64,000 nt of DNA from Folioceros fuciformis (Eukaryota): the NCBI GenBank assembly GCA_049999805.1, contig JBNGIO010005847.1, positions 76,274-140,273 of the forward strand, given 5' to 3'. This document shows, piece by piece, positions 21,681-37,141 of this stretch (position 1 is the stretch's first letter; every line of letters begins with the position of its first letter). The position numbers and the translations under genes were made by a program. A model generated the notes under the pieces. It worked only from the letters and a program-made list of their open reading frames with translations. It made no database searches and was not told the origin of the DNA.

Positions 21681-24449
21681 CTATGCTGACATATACTGCT
21701 CGGATTCTAGCCACTTTCCGATGTAACTGGAAATGATGTCGCGGACATGGTCGACCTCCTGTGGTTTTGCGCATTTGCTTGAGTCACCTGTCAAAAGCAA
21801 ACATTTCTGAAGCATCAGATGAAGGGTCTCATATCTCACTTATCAAGACATCCAGGGCAGTCGACAAGGTACCTTCAAGTTGCAGTGGAGACTGTGGGCA
21901 TCCCCGTAAATCGCTGCCATGTCCGCAGTTATGGCACTCTATCAAATAAGATGGCTCTGCACGATGCCGAGGGAAAGAAAGCCTGTTACGAGCAGATTTG
22001 CGAAGAGAAGCGTACTCTCTAAAGCTAACTGCTTTGCTGTCACTCATCCGGTACTTGGACAGAGGCTTACCACCAATTGATGGTGTTTGCTTGGATGCAT
22101 GGCGCCAAGGATCTTGTGACCCATTTGTGAAAATTATCCTGGAACCTGGATGTGCCCGCCACAAACTATCAGTGAAGTCGTGAGAGCTAACAGTGCGAAC
22201 GACAGCAAGGAGTGAAGCTTTGCAATATGCCTGCAATCCCTGTTCCGCCATAGTACAAATTCGTGATGTCAACCTCTGGATAGGTCCCATTCCCGAAAAC
22301 ATTGGCACAAACGTCCAGATGATACCTGTGGGCAGGAGGCATGTGCAAACCCAGAAAAAAGATGAGATAGATGTGCAAGAAGATGGCTGACCACAATGTG
22401 GCAGAAGACGGCGAGAGGATGGAAACGCTCACTGGGTATTCACTCCAGATGAACGGATGCTATCGTGCTCGGGTGCCACCTGAAAATAGGCTACCTCGGT
22501 ACAAACCTGATACCACCACTGGCGCGCACCTGCACAGGCAGGTACCGGAATTACAGTTGACAACGGAAAACCACAAACAATTTGAGAGAGCCGATCGACT
22601 ACCTGAATCAGGTCCAGCTTGGGTCTGCTTGAGATACTCCTGACTGTAGGACTCAGCAGGAACTCCAAAGTAGTCATAGTAGAATGACTTCACGTAGTTT
22701 GCAAATGCACCCTGCAAATGCAGCAAGTTGAGAGAGAACACACAGCAAACCAAGCAAGGAATGAGGCATGAGGTTGCTTGCAGCCACACAACCACTGCGT
22801 ACGATGGAAAAATTACCAGGACATCCTGACCTGCCGCATTTGCTGCCACTAAAGGCCCACACAGCTCATCAGGGTTGCCATACTGAAACTGCAACAAGAA
22901 CAAGCAACCCATCAACTGAGAAAGGAAGTCCAGCATGTTGACGGACAACAAATGCATGACGTCACGATGCGCAAGTGCACGATCATGAACAAGGAGCACC
23001 CTTGTTGAGACATAGGTTCAGATTACTAATTACTGCTATAGCTCCAGCATCTGCCAGAAGATATAAGAAGTCACCATCCTCCTCGAGCTGCAGCACATTC
23101 GCACAAGGGCTTCATAATCAAAATCCCTACCCTGTGTCTTCAATCTCTAGACTCAAAACGGCAGACACGTTCCTGTCACCATTCACCAGCTACTCTCTCA
23201 TCATTTCTAGCCTCATGGAAATTAACATCCTCACCCGTTGTGCACCGAAGAGAATTTTGACAGCCGTGGCATTTCTCTCCAGCTCTTCATCCACTAGTTT
23301 GGTCACTAATCGCAATGCACTAGCGCACTCAGGACCTGCCGATTGAGCTACCTGCAAAGTCATTATCACCTTAGCTGAGGGCCAAAAACAGACGTGAGAT
23401 CTCGAAAGGAAAGAAATCGTCTCTTCGTGAGTAATGGAAACAGGCCAGACAGAATCACCTGCTCATCAAACTGCGTGTAGTTGTAGACCGCAAGTACAAC
23501 AGCTGAGCTTGCCAAGCTTCCACGCGTGAGATGAGGAAATTTTAGCCGAAACCAAGCACTCAGTGCACCGGAGTAAGACACCCCAAACACAAACCAGGGG
23601 TTGTCTCCGGTCTTGTTATGCCTAGTGTTCACCAGACCCTGTAATTAACAAAGCAGCAGAATGAACATGATGCCTAAAATGACGGAATTCTACCCCCGAG
23701 GTTCACCAAGACCTTCAGAACCCATCATCCTCACACCTGATAATAAGCTCGAAATGCAGCCAAGTCGAACAGAGCTTGCTGGGAGGAGAGGTACTTCAGA
23801 TTATCGGTGGTGAGGTCACAGAAGGGAGAACTTTCTCCATAATAACGATGTTCCAGAGTAATCAGGGCTGCACCAAACTGTTTGGCCAGCACCTGCCATA
23901 CCCATTCCCCCCCANNNNNNNNNNNNNNNNNNNNNNNNNNNNNNNNNNNNNNNNNNNNNNNNNNNNNNNNNNNNNNNNNNNNNNNNNNNNNNNNNNNNNN
24001 NNNNNNNNNNNNNNCAGCAACATTACAGCTTCGTCCCCGGGAGATAGCTGAAACGGCCATGTACAGTACCCCGTTGTAGTCATTGGTGACCCCATTGCAT
24101 GTGGCCTCCCCGCAGATGCGAAGGAAGATGGGTCCATCAGGCTCAGTGAAATAGTCCAAAAACTCGAAGTACCGTTGCTGGAATTCTCTTCGGTCCTACG
24201 GCAGAACAGACACCGGATTACAGCAGCTTGACCAACCAGCTAGATTAAGCGAAAATGTGACGAGCTTTACGAAATTTACAGTCTGGACCAATGGTAGACC
24301 TGGGAGGCGAAGTGGTCAAGACGCTGGGAAATCCATCGAGCGTCCTGGGTTAGATATTTGACTGAGGCGGCTGTCAGGAGGTAGGCCGGCACTGCTGCTG
24401 CTGCATTCGCCAGCACGAGCACCATGATCAGCAGTAGCCATGGATGCAT
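21681..24449 (-). CDS. Serine carboxypeptidase S28 family (EDA2-like / prolylcarboxypeptidase-like), multi-exon
   Basis: Signal peptide, QRLDHF, GPIFLRICGE, LEHRYYGESSP, YLSSQQALFDLAAF, FGVSYSGALSAWFRLKFPH (nucleophile motif), FTNGSQDPW and CHNCGHGSDL. Spans the 100-N gap at 23915-24014. Confidence 0.93.
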
Positions 24450-24889
24450 GCTGTCCACGACCACCAACCACCAGCCCAACAAATTGAATCGTGATTGTTT
24501 CAACCATAGTGCAAATGGCTCAGGCATTTTGTGTCCGTGTCTTGGTTTGTGTTGTACTTCAGATTTATGTTAAGCTGCCGATTTCCTGGCACCGTTTTTA
24601 TTGATTAAGCCAGCATTCCCTAATCGTTTTGCCGTAGGGCGAAACTTGGTTTGTCTGGTTTTCCTCGGATGAGACGAGGGTGTCGCTTCCTCGGGCATCT
24701 CTCTCCTGGTGGGCAGCTCAATCCGTCGGGGAGGAATCTGCATTCGTTCGGGTGGGGCTGTCGGGCGTGGTAGGACGCCTGTGCTACAGGCTCTCTCCTC
24801 GGTTTCCGCTTCTGAAGCCCTATATTTTTGGATTCTGAGCTGCATTTTGCCTGCTAGTCCTCTGAACTGAGCAGAGGAGGCTGTCGAGG

Positions 24890-26083
24890 ATGGAGACGTC
24901 TCTGAGATATGGAGCTGGTGAGAAGCAGCTCTTCTTGCACGCCAAGGAGAATTTTCTGCTGGACAGTTCCTTCTTCCTGCAGGTACACTCCGTTCTTGTT
25001 CCGAGCAGCAGGAATTTGTTTCTGTTCTTGAATAATTGTGTAGGCGAGTTTGGGTTACCTCCGGGTTTCGACATTGTGCCTTGGATTGCTGTTTTGGCCT
25101 GTCTTGCTTGTGCTCCGCCGTTGGCGAGGTCGCTCCTCATTCTGTGGAATGGTAAGGTTTTAGGGTTTGTGTGGTGGTGGCCCCTATTGCGATTGCTTTC
25201 ATTATAGAGACCCGGGAGCACGCTCCTGTTTTTTTCTTCTCAAACTTTGATGCAGGAATCGAACATTGTCTAACAGCTTCACGGTAAATGTTGCGGCTAA
25301 CTCTGCAGGTGCACGGAAAGCTGAACACGCACACAGGTGCAGCCAGCGCTGTAGCACAGCTGAAGCGCAAATTTTTCCCTGAGGTCAGATCAGCTTGCTG
25401 TTGCTCCCCTTTCAAAGACGCGCATCCAAAACTGTTCCCGCACCGACTCACATGCGACTCCTCTCTTGCAGCTGTTAACCTCCTTAGACGTAGGAGCAAA
25501 ATTCAACTCAGAGTTGAAAGAGTTTACTTATGACATCCAAGCGAAGAAATCCATCACTGTAACAGACAATGGGTTACTGAGCGTGGATCTCAAAGGCGGA
25601 TACAACGTTAACCCGGGCTCGAGGGTGGTACGTATGTCCAGAATCCACACTCTCCATGTCTATAGCTGCCCCGTGTAGTGGCAGGCGCCTCCGAGGTGAT
25701 GCATGCTCCGCTGGGCAGAATCCGTGTGAGACAGAGCTTGGTGTCTCACGTGCAGGGTCAGCCAAGGGGTTCAGTGGAACTTAGCTACAAGGTCTACAAT
25801 TTCACGGAGGATCAGGACCTGAAAGTGAAGCTCGGATACAACCCTTTCAAGCAGGTATGACGCAACGCCATGTTTTCACGTTGCCGGGTCTAGGGTGCCA
25901 AATGAGACAAAGGGTCGCTCCCTTGAGAAAGCTCCACTCTGACCCAGTCTTGTTTCTCACACCCGTCACGACGTTTCCTACCTCCGTCGTTTGTTGCAGA
26001 CTCCGTACTTCCAAGTTAGGGAGAACAATTGGACGTTGAACGCGGACTTGAATGGCGGGTGGAGTGTAACCTACGACTTGTGA
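24890..26083 (+). CDS. OEP21: Chloroplast outer envelope pore protein 21, 5 exons
   Basis: METSLRYG...[39 protein letters not shown] and [26 protein letters not shown]. Confidence 0.92.
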
Positions 26084-26556
26084 AGTCGTTCCAGTCCCCC
26101 TTCCTTTCCGTCCTCCCTTGCGGGGCTTGTAAGTAGGTTTTGATGCCTATTCTTTTGACTCACGAATAAAATTTGAGTCCTTGTCGCCAAGCTCTGTCAG
26201 GCTCCTGGAAAGGGCATCCGTGGCTTTCCGTGGACCCAAGGAACCTGCGACAGATGCTGCTGGGGCAACTGATGCGACTGGCGGGGCCCCCATCCGAGCA
26301 GGCGGAAGGCAACTGCAAGCGACGCCCTGTGCATCACACAGGCTGCATGTAGTCTTGCCTGGTCTCCGTTCGTCGCGTAACGGTCGAGTTGTATTCCACG
26401 ACCGGGCACGGATTCTGCCTGCTTTTAATAAGCTTACAGACGCTAGAGACAGAGACCATCATGCAAGCCAGGGAGGAGCTGTGACCGCCTACTCGCCAGA
26501 AGCTGAAAGCAGGCACAGAGAGGAAGGAGAAGGGAGGGCCGGGAGTTGCTGGGACG

Positions 26557-27927
26557 ATGGCCGCCAATGGCAGCTCCACGTTCTCTGATGGTGTGGGCGT
26601 TCCTCCTGGTATGGAGAACGTGTACCTGTGTACTCTGAGCGTGGTTCCAGCAGCGATGAAAACGCTGGTAGATCTGGATGTGTTCAACGTGTTAGGCAAG
26701 GCCGGGCCAGGCGCATTTCTATCTGCCAGGTACTGGGACTGGGAGTGGGACTGACCGTATTCAGTGCTGGGACTGCGTGCGTCCCGGATTGTTATTGAGC
26801 GGCATGCGTGTTTGCGTGTTTCTCTGGTTGCAGCGAGCTGACAGCGCACATCGAAGGCGGGGTTAGCAGCACCACGGAGCAGGTCGGCCGCATCCTGCGC
26901 CTCCTCACCGCTCACAGTCTGTTCACGGAGTCCGTGACAGAGGAGGGCGGCGAGGTGGAGCGCAGGTACGCGCTGAACCGGGTGTCTGCTCTGCTGGTGG
27001 ACAGGCCCGGGGTCAAGTCCCTCGCTGCGGGCATCAAATGCAACATGCACCCGGCCTTCCTGCGGACGCACGAGTTTTTGACCCCGGCCGTGCTCCAGGG
27101 AGTGGATGCCTTCACGCTCGCCCATGGCACTGACACGTGGAGCTATGTTGCCAAGAACCCGGAGGTAGGTGAGCTCTTCAACAACATGATGTCCGGGGGC
27201 GCCAACATCGTCACCAAGAGAGTTCTGGAAGTCTACGACGGCTTCAAGGACACCAAGGTGCTGGTGGACGTGGGGGGCGGGGTTGGTACCACCATCAGCC
27301 TCATCAAGGAGAAGTACCCCCACATCCGAGCTATTAACTTCGACCTGCCGCACACGGTTGCGTCGGCTCCTGCTTACGACGGTTAACGCCCGGCCCAGCT
27401 TCTACTCCTCGTCCAGCGTCCGAGCTCTGTCTCTTCCTCACCGCAGTGCTGCTTTGGTGTGTTTGGAGCAGGCGTGGAGCACGTCGGTGGTGACGCGTTG
27501 AAGGAGGTTCCCAGTGGCGACACCATCTTCATGAAGGTCACTACCTCCAATCCATTCCCTTGCTACTGACTGTCATCGGACCACACCTCGCGGACTTTGT
27601 CATGTTCTTCGCCTACTGCTGCAGAAAGTTCTCCACGACTGGAGCGACGAGCATAGTCTGACAATCCTTAAGAACATCTACAAGGCACTGCCTGTTGGGG
27701 GCAAGGTCGTGTTTGTGGACACGTTGCTTCCCAACGAAACGGGGCAGGGTATTGACATGAAGGCGCCCCTACAGGTGGATATTCACATGCTCACCTACAA
27801 CGTGGGAGGGAAGGAGCGTACGGAACATGAATTCAGAAAACTTGTGACCGCGGCAGGCTTCAGCAGGTTCCAAGTGGCGGCAGTGAAGGATGCCATGACC
27901 GCTGTGATGGAGGGTTTCAAAGATTAA
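26557..27927 (+). CDS. Class II plant O-methyltransferase (caffeic acid OMT-like), 4 exons
   Basis: Dimerisation domain (RILRLLTAHSLF), LVDVGGGVG, INFDLPH, VEHVGGD, MK/KVLHDWSDE (catalytic His) and GGKERT. Confidence 0.92.
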
Positions 27928-28064
27928 AGCAGAATACAAGACGACGAAAGAAAGGCAATACAGACGCCCCAAATCTGGGTGTCCATTCGTTTCTCAAAAG
28001 ATATGTACTACGCTGTCTGACACCCTAAGTGTAACAGTCGATTGCAAACCCAGTCAACCCTCTT

Positions 28065-30704
<2,640 letters not shown>

Positions 30705-30816
30705 CTCACAGCATCCTGAAATGAAAAACTCTACACCATCTCTACGTTAGTCTTGATACTCGCCCTAAATCCGTGCAAACTTAGCTAGTTGCAACTTGTT
30801 CGAGAAATCGAAACAT

Positions 30817-30824
30817 TAGGGTTT
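30817..30824. promoter_or_regulatory. Telo-box in the LCMT1/ARP7 bidirectional promoter
   Basis: TAGGGTTT (reverse complement AAACCCTA) within the ~217 bp between the two start codons. Confidence 0.45.
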
Positions 30825-30921
30825 CCGTTGTTTTGGACTAAACGCGGGCAAGGATCCATCACTGTGCAGGTCAGGCTCGGTAGCGGTTAATCAGCTCTGT
30901 GCGCTTGTCCAGGCGAGATCA

Positions 30922-32667
30922 ATGGAGGCTGTGGTGCTGGACAGCGGCTCCCGCTTCTTGAAGGCGGGTTTTGCGCTCCCTGACCAGCCTCCATCTCTTG
31001 TACGTGTCGCATTCATCAATTCCTTCCTTCGTTGATTTTAGAGAGAACGAGACTTTGGAAGGAAAAATGTGCTGTTCTCCAGGTCGGGAGGTTGATTGTG
31101 CAAACGTACCTGGGCTAATTTTCTCAAGAGGCATCGGCTGTCTGATTCATGGGAGCTGAGACTGTGTTATGAATTCAGGTCATTCCCACCACCATGACCC
31201 CGTACAGTGAGGACGATGCAGACAACTTCTATAATGCGAACGGTGAATTGAAGAACTTCCAGGAGGTTTATCCTATAGAGAGGGGGATGATCAAAGATTG
31301 GGATGCAGTAGAAGATTTATGGCGGTACACGCTGTACACGGGGATGGGTTGGGAAATAGGGAACGAGGGTCAGGTTCTGGTTGCGGAGCCCTTGCTGACT
31401 CCGAAGGTTAGAATGCCGAGGCGCTGCCATCCAAGTCTCTCCTTTGCAGCTTCAAGTTAGACCGGTGTCCACAGTCTGACCAGGTTGGGTGAAGTGGGGT
31501 AGCAGATATCCAGAGAGAGAATGGTGCAGACTATGTTCGAGACGTTTAATGTGAGCGGGCTTTATGCTGTGGAGCAAGCAGTTTTGTCCCTTTATGCAGT
31601 TGGTCGCATCACTGGCTGCACGGTTGACGTTGGTCACGGGAAGATAGGTGATTTTCCGACTCTCCCTATATTTTGTTGCAGAGCTAATTCTCTGAATCCG
31701 GATTTGTTTGGCGGAAGTGCACTGACAGGAATCTGAATGGTCTACAAGACCTTATCTCGCATGTGTGACAGACATAGCTCCTGTGTGGGAGGGAGCGGTT
31801 CAGCACAATGGAGTAAAGAGGTTTGAGCTTGGGGGACACGACTTGACGGTCCTGTTGAGCAAGGAGCTTAGTCGAACGCAGCGGGAAGTTGCCTTGGATT
31901 ACTCGACGGTAGAGTCCTTGAAGGAAGTGTACGGTGTGGTAGCTGATGACAAATCTACGTATGATGCGACTGCTGAAGCTTGTGATACAGTGGAGCATAC
32001 CCTTCCAGATGGCAAGGTCAGGGGTCTCTTCTCCGTTGTGAAGCTGACAGGCCAAAATCGTGGTTCTCACCTCCACCTCTGATATGTGCAGGTTATCAAA
32101 ATAGCCAGAGAGAGATATACGACCGGTGAAGCCCTGTTTCAGCCTCTACTGGCTGGTGCGGAAGATTACGGGATTGCTGAGCAACTGCTTAGGTGTGTCA
32201 TATTATGTGCGCCCCTTGAGAACCAGAAGCAGATGATCGAGAACATCGTTCTCTGTGGAGGCACTTCGTCGCTAGCAGGTATGACAAGCCCTTCATTCTT
32301 TGTTTACACTGCTATTTTGCAGTGGTCGTCTAAGCGTGGGCCGTTGGCAGGTCTCGATCTTAGGTTCCAGAGGGAGGCCATTATGGCAGCACCTCCGTCA
32401 GTCCGTCCTACTTTAGTCAAGGTACTGAATGCCCCACTCGTGTTTTTATATGAGCTGCCTGCCAATCGCGTGTCTTTTTTCATTTTCCATCCTCTCCGTT
32501 TGTCTGTGCTGCAGCCACCGGAGTATATGCCCGACAACACTTTACAGAATTCTGCTTGGATGGGTGGTGCCATTCTGGCCAAAGTGGTCTTCCCCCAAAA
32601 CCAGCACATAACCAAAGCAGAATACGACGAAGGAGGACCAACAGTCATCCACAAGAAGTGCTCTTGA
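30922..32667 (+). CDS. ARP7: Actin-related protein 7, multi-exon
   Basis: MEAVVLDSGSRFLKAGFALPDQPPSL, IKDWDAVEDLW, GWEIGNEGQVL, QAVLSLYAVGRITGCTVDVGHGKI and SAWMGGAILAKVVFPQNQHITKAEYDEGGP. Confidence 0.95.
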
Positions 32668-32821
32668 GGGCCCCCTAAGTGTTTGATACAGAGGACTTCT
32701 TAGGTTGGCAAAAGTTTGAATCGCAATGCCTGGTTCGTCCTTTGGACAAAGTAATTTTGACAGCCGGGTGTCATGGAAGGCGAGCGAGCACGCGGGGGAG
32801 CATATCTTTTCGAACATTAAA

Positions 32822-33319
32822 CTAAAAGTTTAACCGCAGGTGCAATGAGCATGACGAACATGGCAAAAGAATTGATGCTAAAGCAGCTGGAGAATTTTCC
32901 ATCCCAGCTATGCCTTTCTTGCACGCCTGCTCCAACTCGTCAGTGGAGATGGAGAAAAAATCGCCGCACCTGCAGATATATGCATACCCCCAATCCTTCA
33001 CTTCGTCCATGTCCTCCAACGAAACCTCGTCCAAGATGACCTTCGAAGACAGCTCCCTATCTTTAGCCGCCCTCTGTGTTACAAGGAACTGATCGTACGC
33101 TGCCCTTGACTCCTTATCGCTCAGAACCTCCCACGCTCTCTGAATCCTCAGAAACCCTTCGCAGTGCATCACTTCCTCGCCCCGAAACTTGTCCGGGTGG
33201 AGCGCAAGGATGGCGGCCCGATACCTGCGTCGGATCTCAGAATACTCGGCATCCGGACCAACATGCAAGGCCTCGTAGAAGCTCGTGCTTTCCTTATCAT
33301 CAAACTCCCTTGAACCCAT
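32822..33319 (-). CDS. DPH4: DPH4-like J-domain protein with CSL zinc finger (diphthamide biosynthesis)
   Basis: J domain with HPD (ALHPDK), followed by YICRCGD...LPCSSCSL. Single exon. Confidence 0.9.
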   Translation of the reverse strand: MGSREFDDKESTSFYEALHVGPDAEYSEIRRRYRAAILALHPDKFRGEEVMHCEGFLRIQRAWEVLSDKESRAAYDQFLVTQRAAKDRELSSKVILDEVSLEDMDEVKDWGYAYICRCGDFFSISTDELEQACKKGIAGMENSPAALASILLPCSSCSLHLRLNF

Positions 33320-35111
33320 GCCTAAGTACCCCAAGGCGGGACTTGAACAGAGAAACAAACTGGCCACACTCCCCTTCAGTTTCACCAAACAATGCCAAAC
33401 AATGTCTGCTCCAATTCTAACTTGGAACCCTAATTGACGGTGTCCAGGCTATCCATTTCCCTCATCCGTTACTCTAGCTTGATTACTGCCTGCTGCAATC
33501 TTCGCTTTCCCAAAATCGATGCCTTGAAACTTAAGCCTGGAATCGATGTACCGAGTGCCGAACGCAGAGCCGAAGCCCCATCCTAGTCCGAATCCAACCC
33601 CGCAGCCTCCACCTGCAACGAGTTACCGACCCGAGTACGCAGGTCATCACAAAACACACCAGCCATCCCCCAACCGCACAACCATTACCCCCGAACCATC
33701 TGCTTGATTACCTACACCAAGGCCCAATGTCTGCACAGAGGCTCCTGCACACGATCCAACCACACACAACATCAGACGAGGGTTACACGAGACTCAGGCC
33801 AGCTCAACATCAGAAGGAGCCATCTCTCTACCTCCGAATCCCCAGCCAACTCCAAATCCGCAGCCAACTCCGAACCCTGTGAAAGCAGGGAATAGAAGCG
33901 ACATCAGAGATGCACATGAAGCAACAACCGGCGGGCAGGAACGGAGCCGCGGAAAACACGCTACAGTACCTACACCGACACCACGACCATTGAAGAATCC
34001 GATCACCATCGCGAGCAGGTCGAGATGATGGAGGGCTGCGGAGAAGGAGAGGAGACACAGTGACTCCCAAGGGAAATTTACCTGTCCTCAAGTTTGACGC
34101 GGTAACCTACCACTTCCATGAGTTGTGTGTAAGCGCAACTGGCCGTCGTCAGTTAGCAGTTCCTAAAACGAGCTATGGAGTGACAGCTACAGTAGTCAGA
34201 TGTGAACAGCGATGATTGTGAAGAAGTTGTTGATATTTGTTGTTACGGACAGCAGCATGCAAGCACAGGGACGACCCCGGCCAATCCCGACTGAACTCGG
34301 GTTAGAAGGACGAGGGTGAGTTAACGCAGCCCGTGTGCATGGTGTTTGAGCCCGAGATCACGTCCCAGGCTTGAGACAAGGAGACGTCTCCACGACACAT
34401 TTTCTTTCTCCTGCCAGTGTGGTACGTCAAGTCTGTGGACGGTGTGGGCTGATGAGCCCATTACCAGTTTGGCCGTAGCTGCTGGAGGAGCGCATTTCTG
34501 CGCCCTGCAAGCCCCCCGAGAGTCTGGAACCGAGGCGCCTGGAGCTGGCAGTGAGAATCTCAAATTGGTCCATTCCAGGCCACTGGGCCTGTGACCCGGA
34601 GGTAAAACTTGTACTGTACGTACGTCTGATGTTGCGTCTGGTCTGTGGGTCCCTTTGTTCCGACATCGCCATTCCTCCACCCGTCTCCTGTGGAGATCCC
34701 GGCTCCCTCGCTGTTGAGCGCAAAGCTGGGCAACAGTGGGCAGTGCATGAAGCTGGGTGTACCATATCTATCACGTCCTAGGATGAATCGGGACAAGGGC
34801 CGAGCGTGATTGGCCTTCTTCTCTCTGTGTCCTCTCTCCCCATTGCATGCGCGTCGCACTGCTGCAGAGCGCTGCATGTAAGGAGTCTTGCTGTTGTGCG
34901 TGGGTGCGGACCGTGGGAGGACTGGTGGATTTTGCGCCGCTTGCTTGCCGAGCGTCGTGTTGGTTTGTTTGGATTCTGCGTCTATTTGGGTTTTTGCATT
35001 CGGTGGGAATTGCGGCTGGTTTGGTGTAGGGTTTGATAGTCCTTCTTGTCGCAGTGCGTAGCCGCGGCCTAGTCTTAGGCCTGCGCAGAGTGGAGGCTTC
35101 TGAGCGGGAGG

Positions 35112-37141
35112 ATGGCAGCGGTGGGGAAACCGCTGCCGGTGCTGGATCAGCAGAGCACTAAGGAGCTCAACCTTACCGTACTGCAGCGGATGGACCGGCA
35201 CGTTGAGGATATTCTCACCACTGCTGCTCATGTCACCTTCTACGAGTTCAGTGTCGAGCTCAGCCAATGGGTACGTTACGCTACGCGTGTTGGTTCCCCG
35301 ATTGCCGTGGTCAGGTTTTTGGTGCCTTCCTGCAGATCGGGGTGTGGGGTTGGACCAAATCCGCTGACATTGGAGAAGACCTAGATCAGCAGTGGTGATT
35401 TCGCCCTTCCGATTCGATGTGCCTGCGCTTTGCGTGCTTAGTTTCAATGCCAGAAATCTAGAGGAATTCGCTGTTGTGCTTACTGGTGGCACAGGAAGAA
35501 CAATGTTGGCACCACCGACGCACGTTGCAGGCTGCTTCTGTCTATAGTAACATTCCTTGTTTTCAATCGTGCCTGATTGCAGAGCCGCAAGGACGTGGAG
35601 GGCTCCCTTTTTGTTGTGAAGCGGTACGAAACTTTTCCTGCCATAACCGGCGCGGAGTTGGTCTACCGAGCTTCTTTTCATGGTAAAGATGCGCAGGTAC
35701 CGATTTGTTTCATGGGATCCTGACCAGTGTGAGATTTATCGCAGGCGCACACAACCGCGGTTTCAGTTCATTGTAATGAATCGAAGAAGCACAGGTACTT
35801 ATGACATGACAGGGTCTATGCCTTATGCACTTGTTGGCTGCCAGGCAGGTGGAATGGTCAATCATGGTGTGTCTATGCTGCGACAGAAAATCTGGTTGAA
35901 GGGCTGCTTGGAGATTTTGAGTATGAAGTTCAAGTTCCATACCTCCTATATAGGAATGCAGCCCAGGAGGTTAATGGCATCTGGTTTTATAGCCCAAGAG
36001 AGTGCGAAGAGGTTGCTAAGCTCTTCTCAAGGTTCTTTTCCCACCCACTACAAGGATGATACCGTCTCTGCTTCTGTAACATTTGCATATTTTTTTGTTT
36101 GCATATGAGTGCATTGTTTGATCTTGTGGTGCGCTTCTGTCAGGATTCTGAATGCTTTCTCCAAGCACCCTCCCAAACCAAAGCTTTTCACTCCAAGGTT
36201 TTCTTCTGGTGGCTGAGTTCTAGCGTGTCAATGCGTATTTCTATATCTTCTGCCATAGGGTCTCACAAATCACGTGGGCCCATGACAGCTCCGAGTTTCA
36301 GGAACTGGAAGCAGTTCCTACTGCCGCGGTTGTAGAGGGTCCATTGGAGCCTGCAGCAGCTGCTACGACAACCGCAACTGAGGAGGTTGCAGACGAACCA
36401 CTTGAACGATTCTTCAGTGTACGTGAATTTTTTTTGGTCTTTCGTGTTCTGAACTTTGCTTGTGGCTAGCATTACACACCTCCCTAGGGACTCACAAGGT
36501 TGGTGTCGATGCAGAGTGCCGTACACCTTAATCCGCCAGAGCACTCTACTCCAGTAGCCCCTCAGCCTTCTAATACAGCAACCCAAGTGCACGCCTCTTC
36601 TGCTCCGCTCATTCCAGTTCCTGTGCTGTGCCCTCCACTATCTGCTGCCGCCTTGCCACCCACACTTATGCCTCCTCCCTTGTCGCTCGAGGCCTCAGAC
36701 ATCGGCAATGTTGTGCGGACAACACTGATAAAACCCTCTTTCTTTGTGTCTAGTCCCCTTTCTTCTGTTGCTGTCCAGAGTACTCTTTCCGGTCCTACCC
36801 CCCCTCATTTGCAGCCGTCGCATGGTGCACCACTTCTTCAGCCTTTCCCTCCTCCTGCTCCTCCACCTTCTTTGGCCCCTGCTACTTCAAGTTTGCACAG
36901 CCCGGCTGTTACAAGAAGTGGAGTACGTGACGCCCTACTCCGCCTCCTGCAGGTGGGAGATAGTGCTCCTTCTCTCTTTGAGTCTGTTCTACCGGTTTTT
37001 CTTTTTCTTTTTTTCTTTGCCGAGTAGGAATATTCGTTCTCTCGTTGGATATAACCTTCACATTTTGGGATGTTTTGACTGCAGGATGATCAGTTCATAG
37101 ACTTGGTGTACAGAGAGATGGCCAATGCACATTCCAACTGA
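35112..37141 (+). CDS. DCP1: mRNA decapping factor DCP1, multi-exon
   Basis: STKELNLTVLQRMD...AAHVTFYEF, RKDVEGSLFVVK, QPRFQFIVMNRRS, YLLYRNAAQEVNGIWF, a Pro-rich linker and C-terminal VRDALLRLLQ/DDQFIDLVYREM. Confidence 0.95.

Noticed and set aside
15531..27353. Long alternative-frame or antisense ORFs over PMT (15531-16424, 15951-16802), PPR (19899-20633) and COMT-like (26334-27353)
   Set aside because: They overlap well-supported genes and are explained by stop-codon scarcity in GC-rich coding DNA.
34321..35681. 373-aa minus ORF and short plus ORFs upstream of and over DCP1
   Set aside because: No recognisable domain, and the long ORF overlaps DCP1 exons in antisense. A possible gene fragment at 34420-34780 could not be supported.
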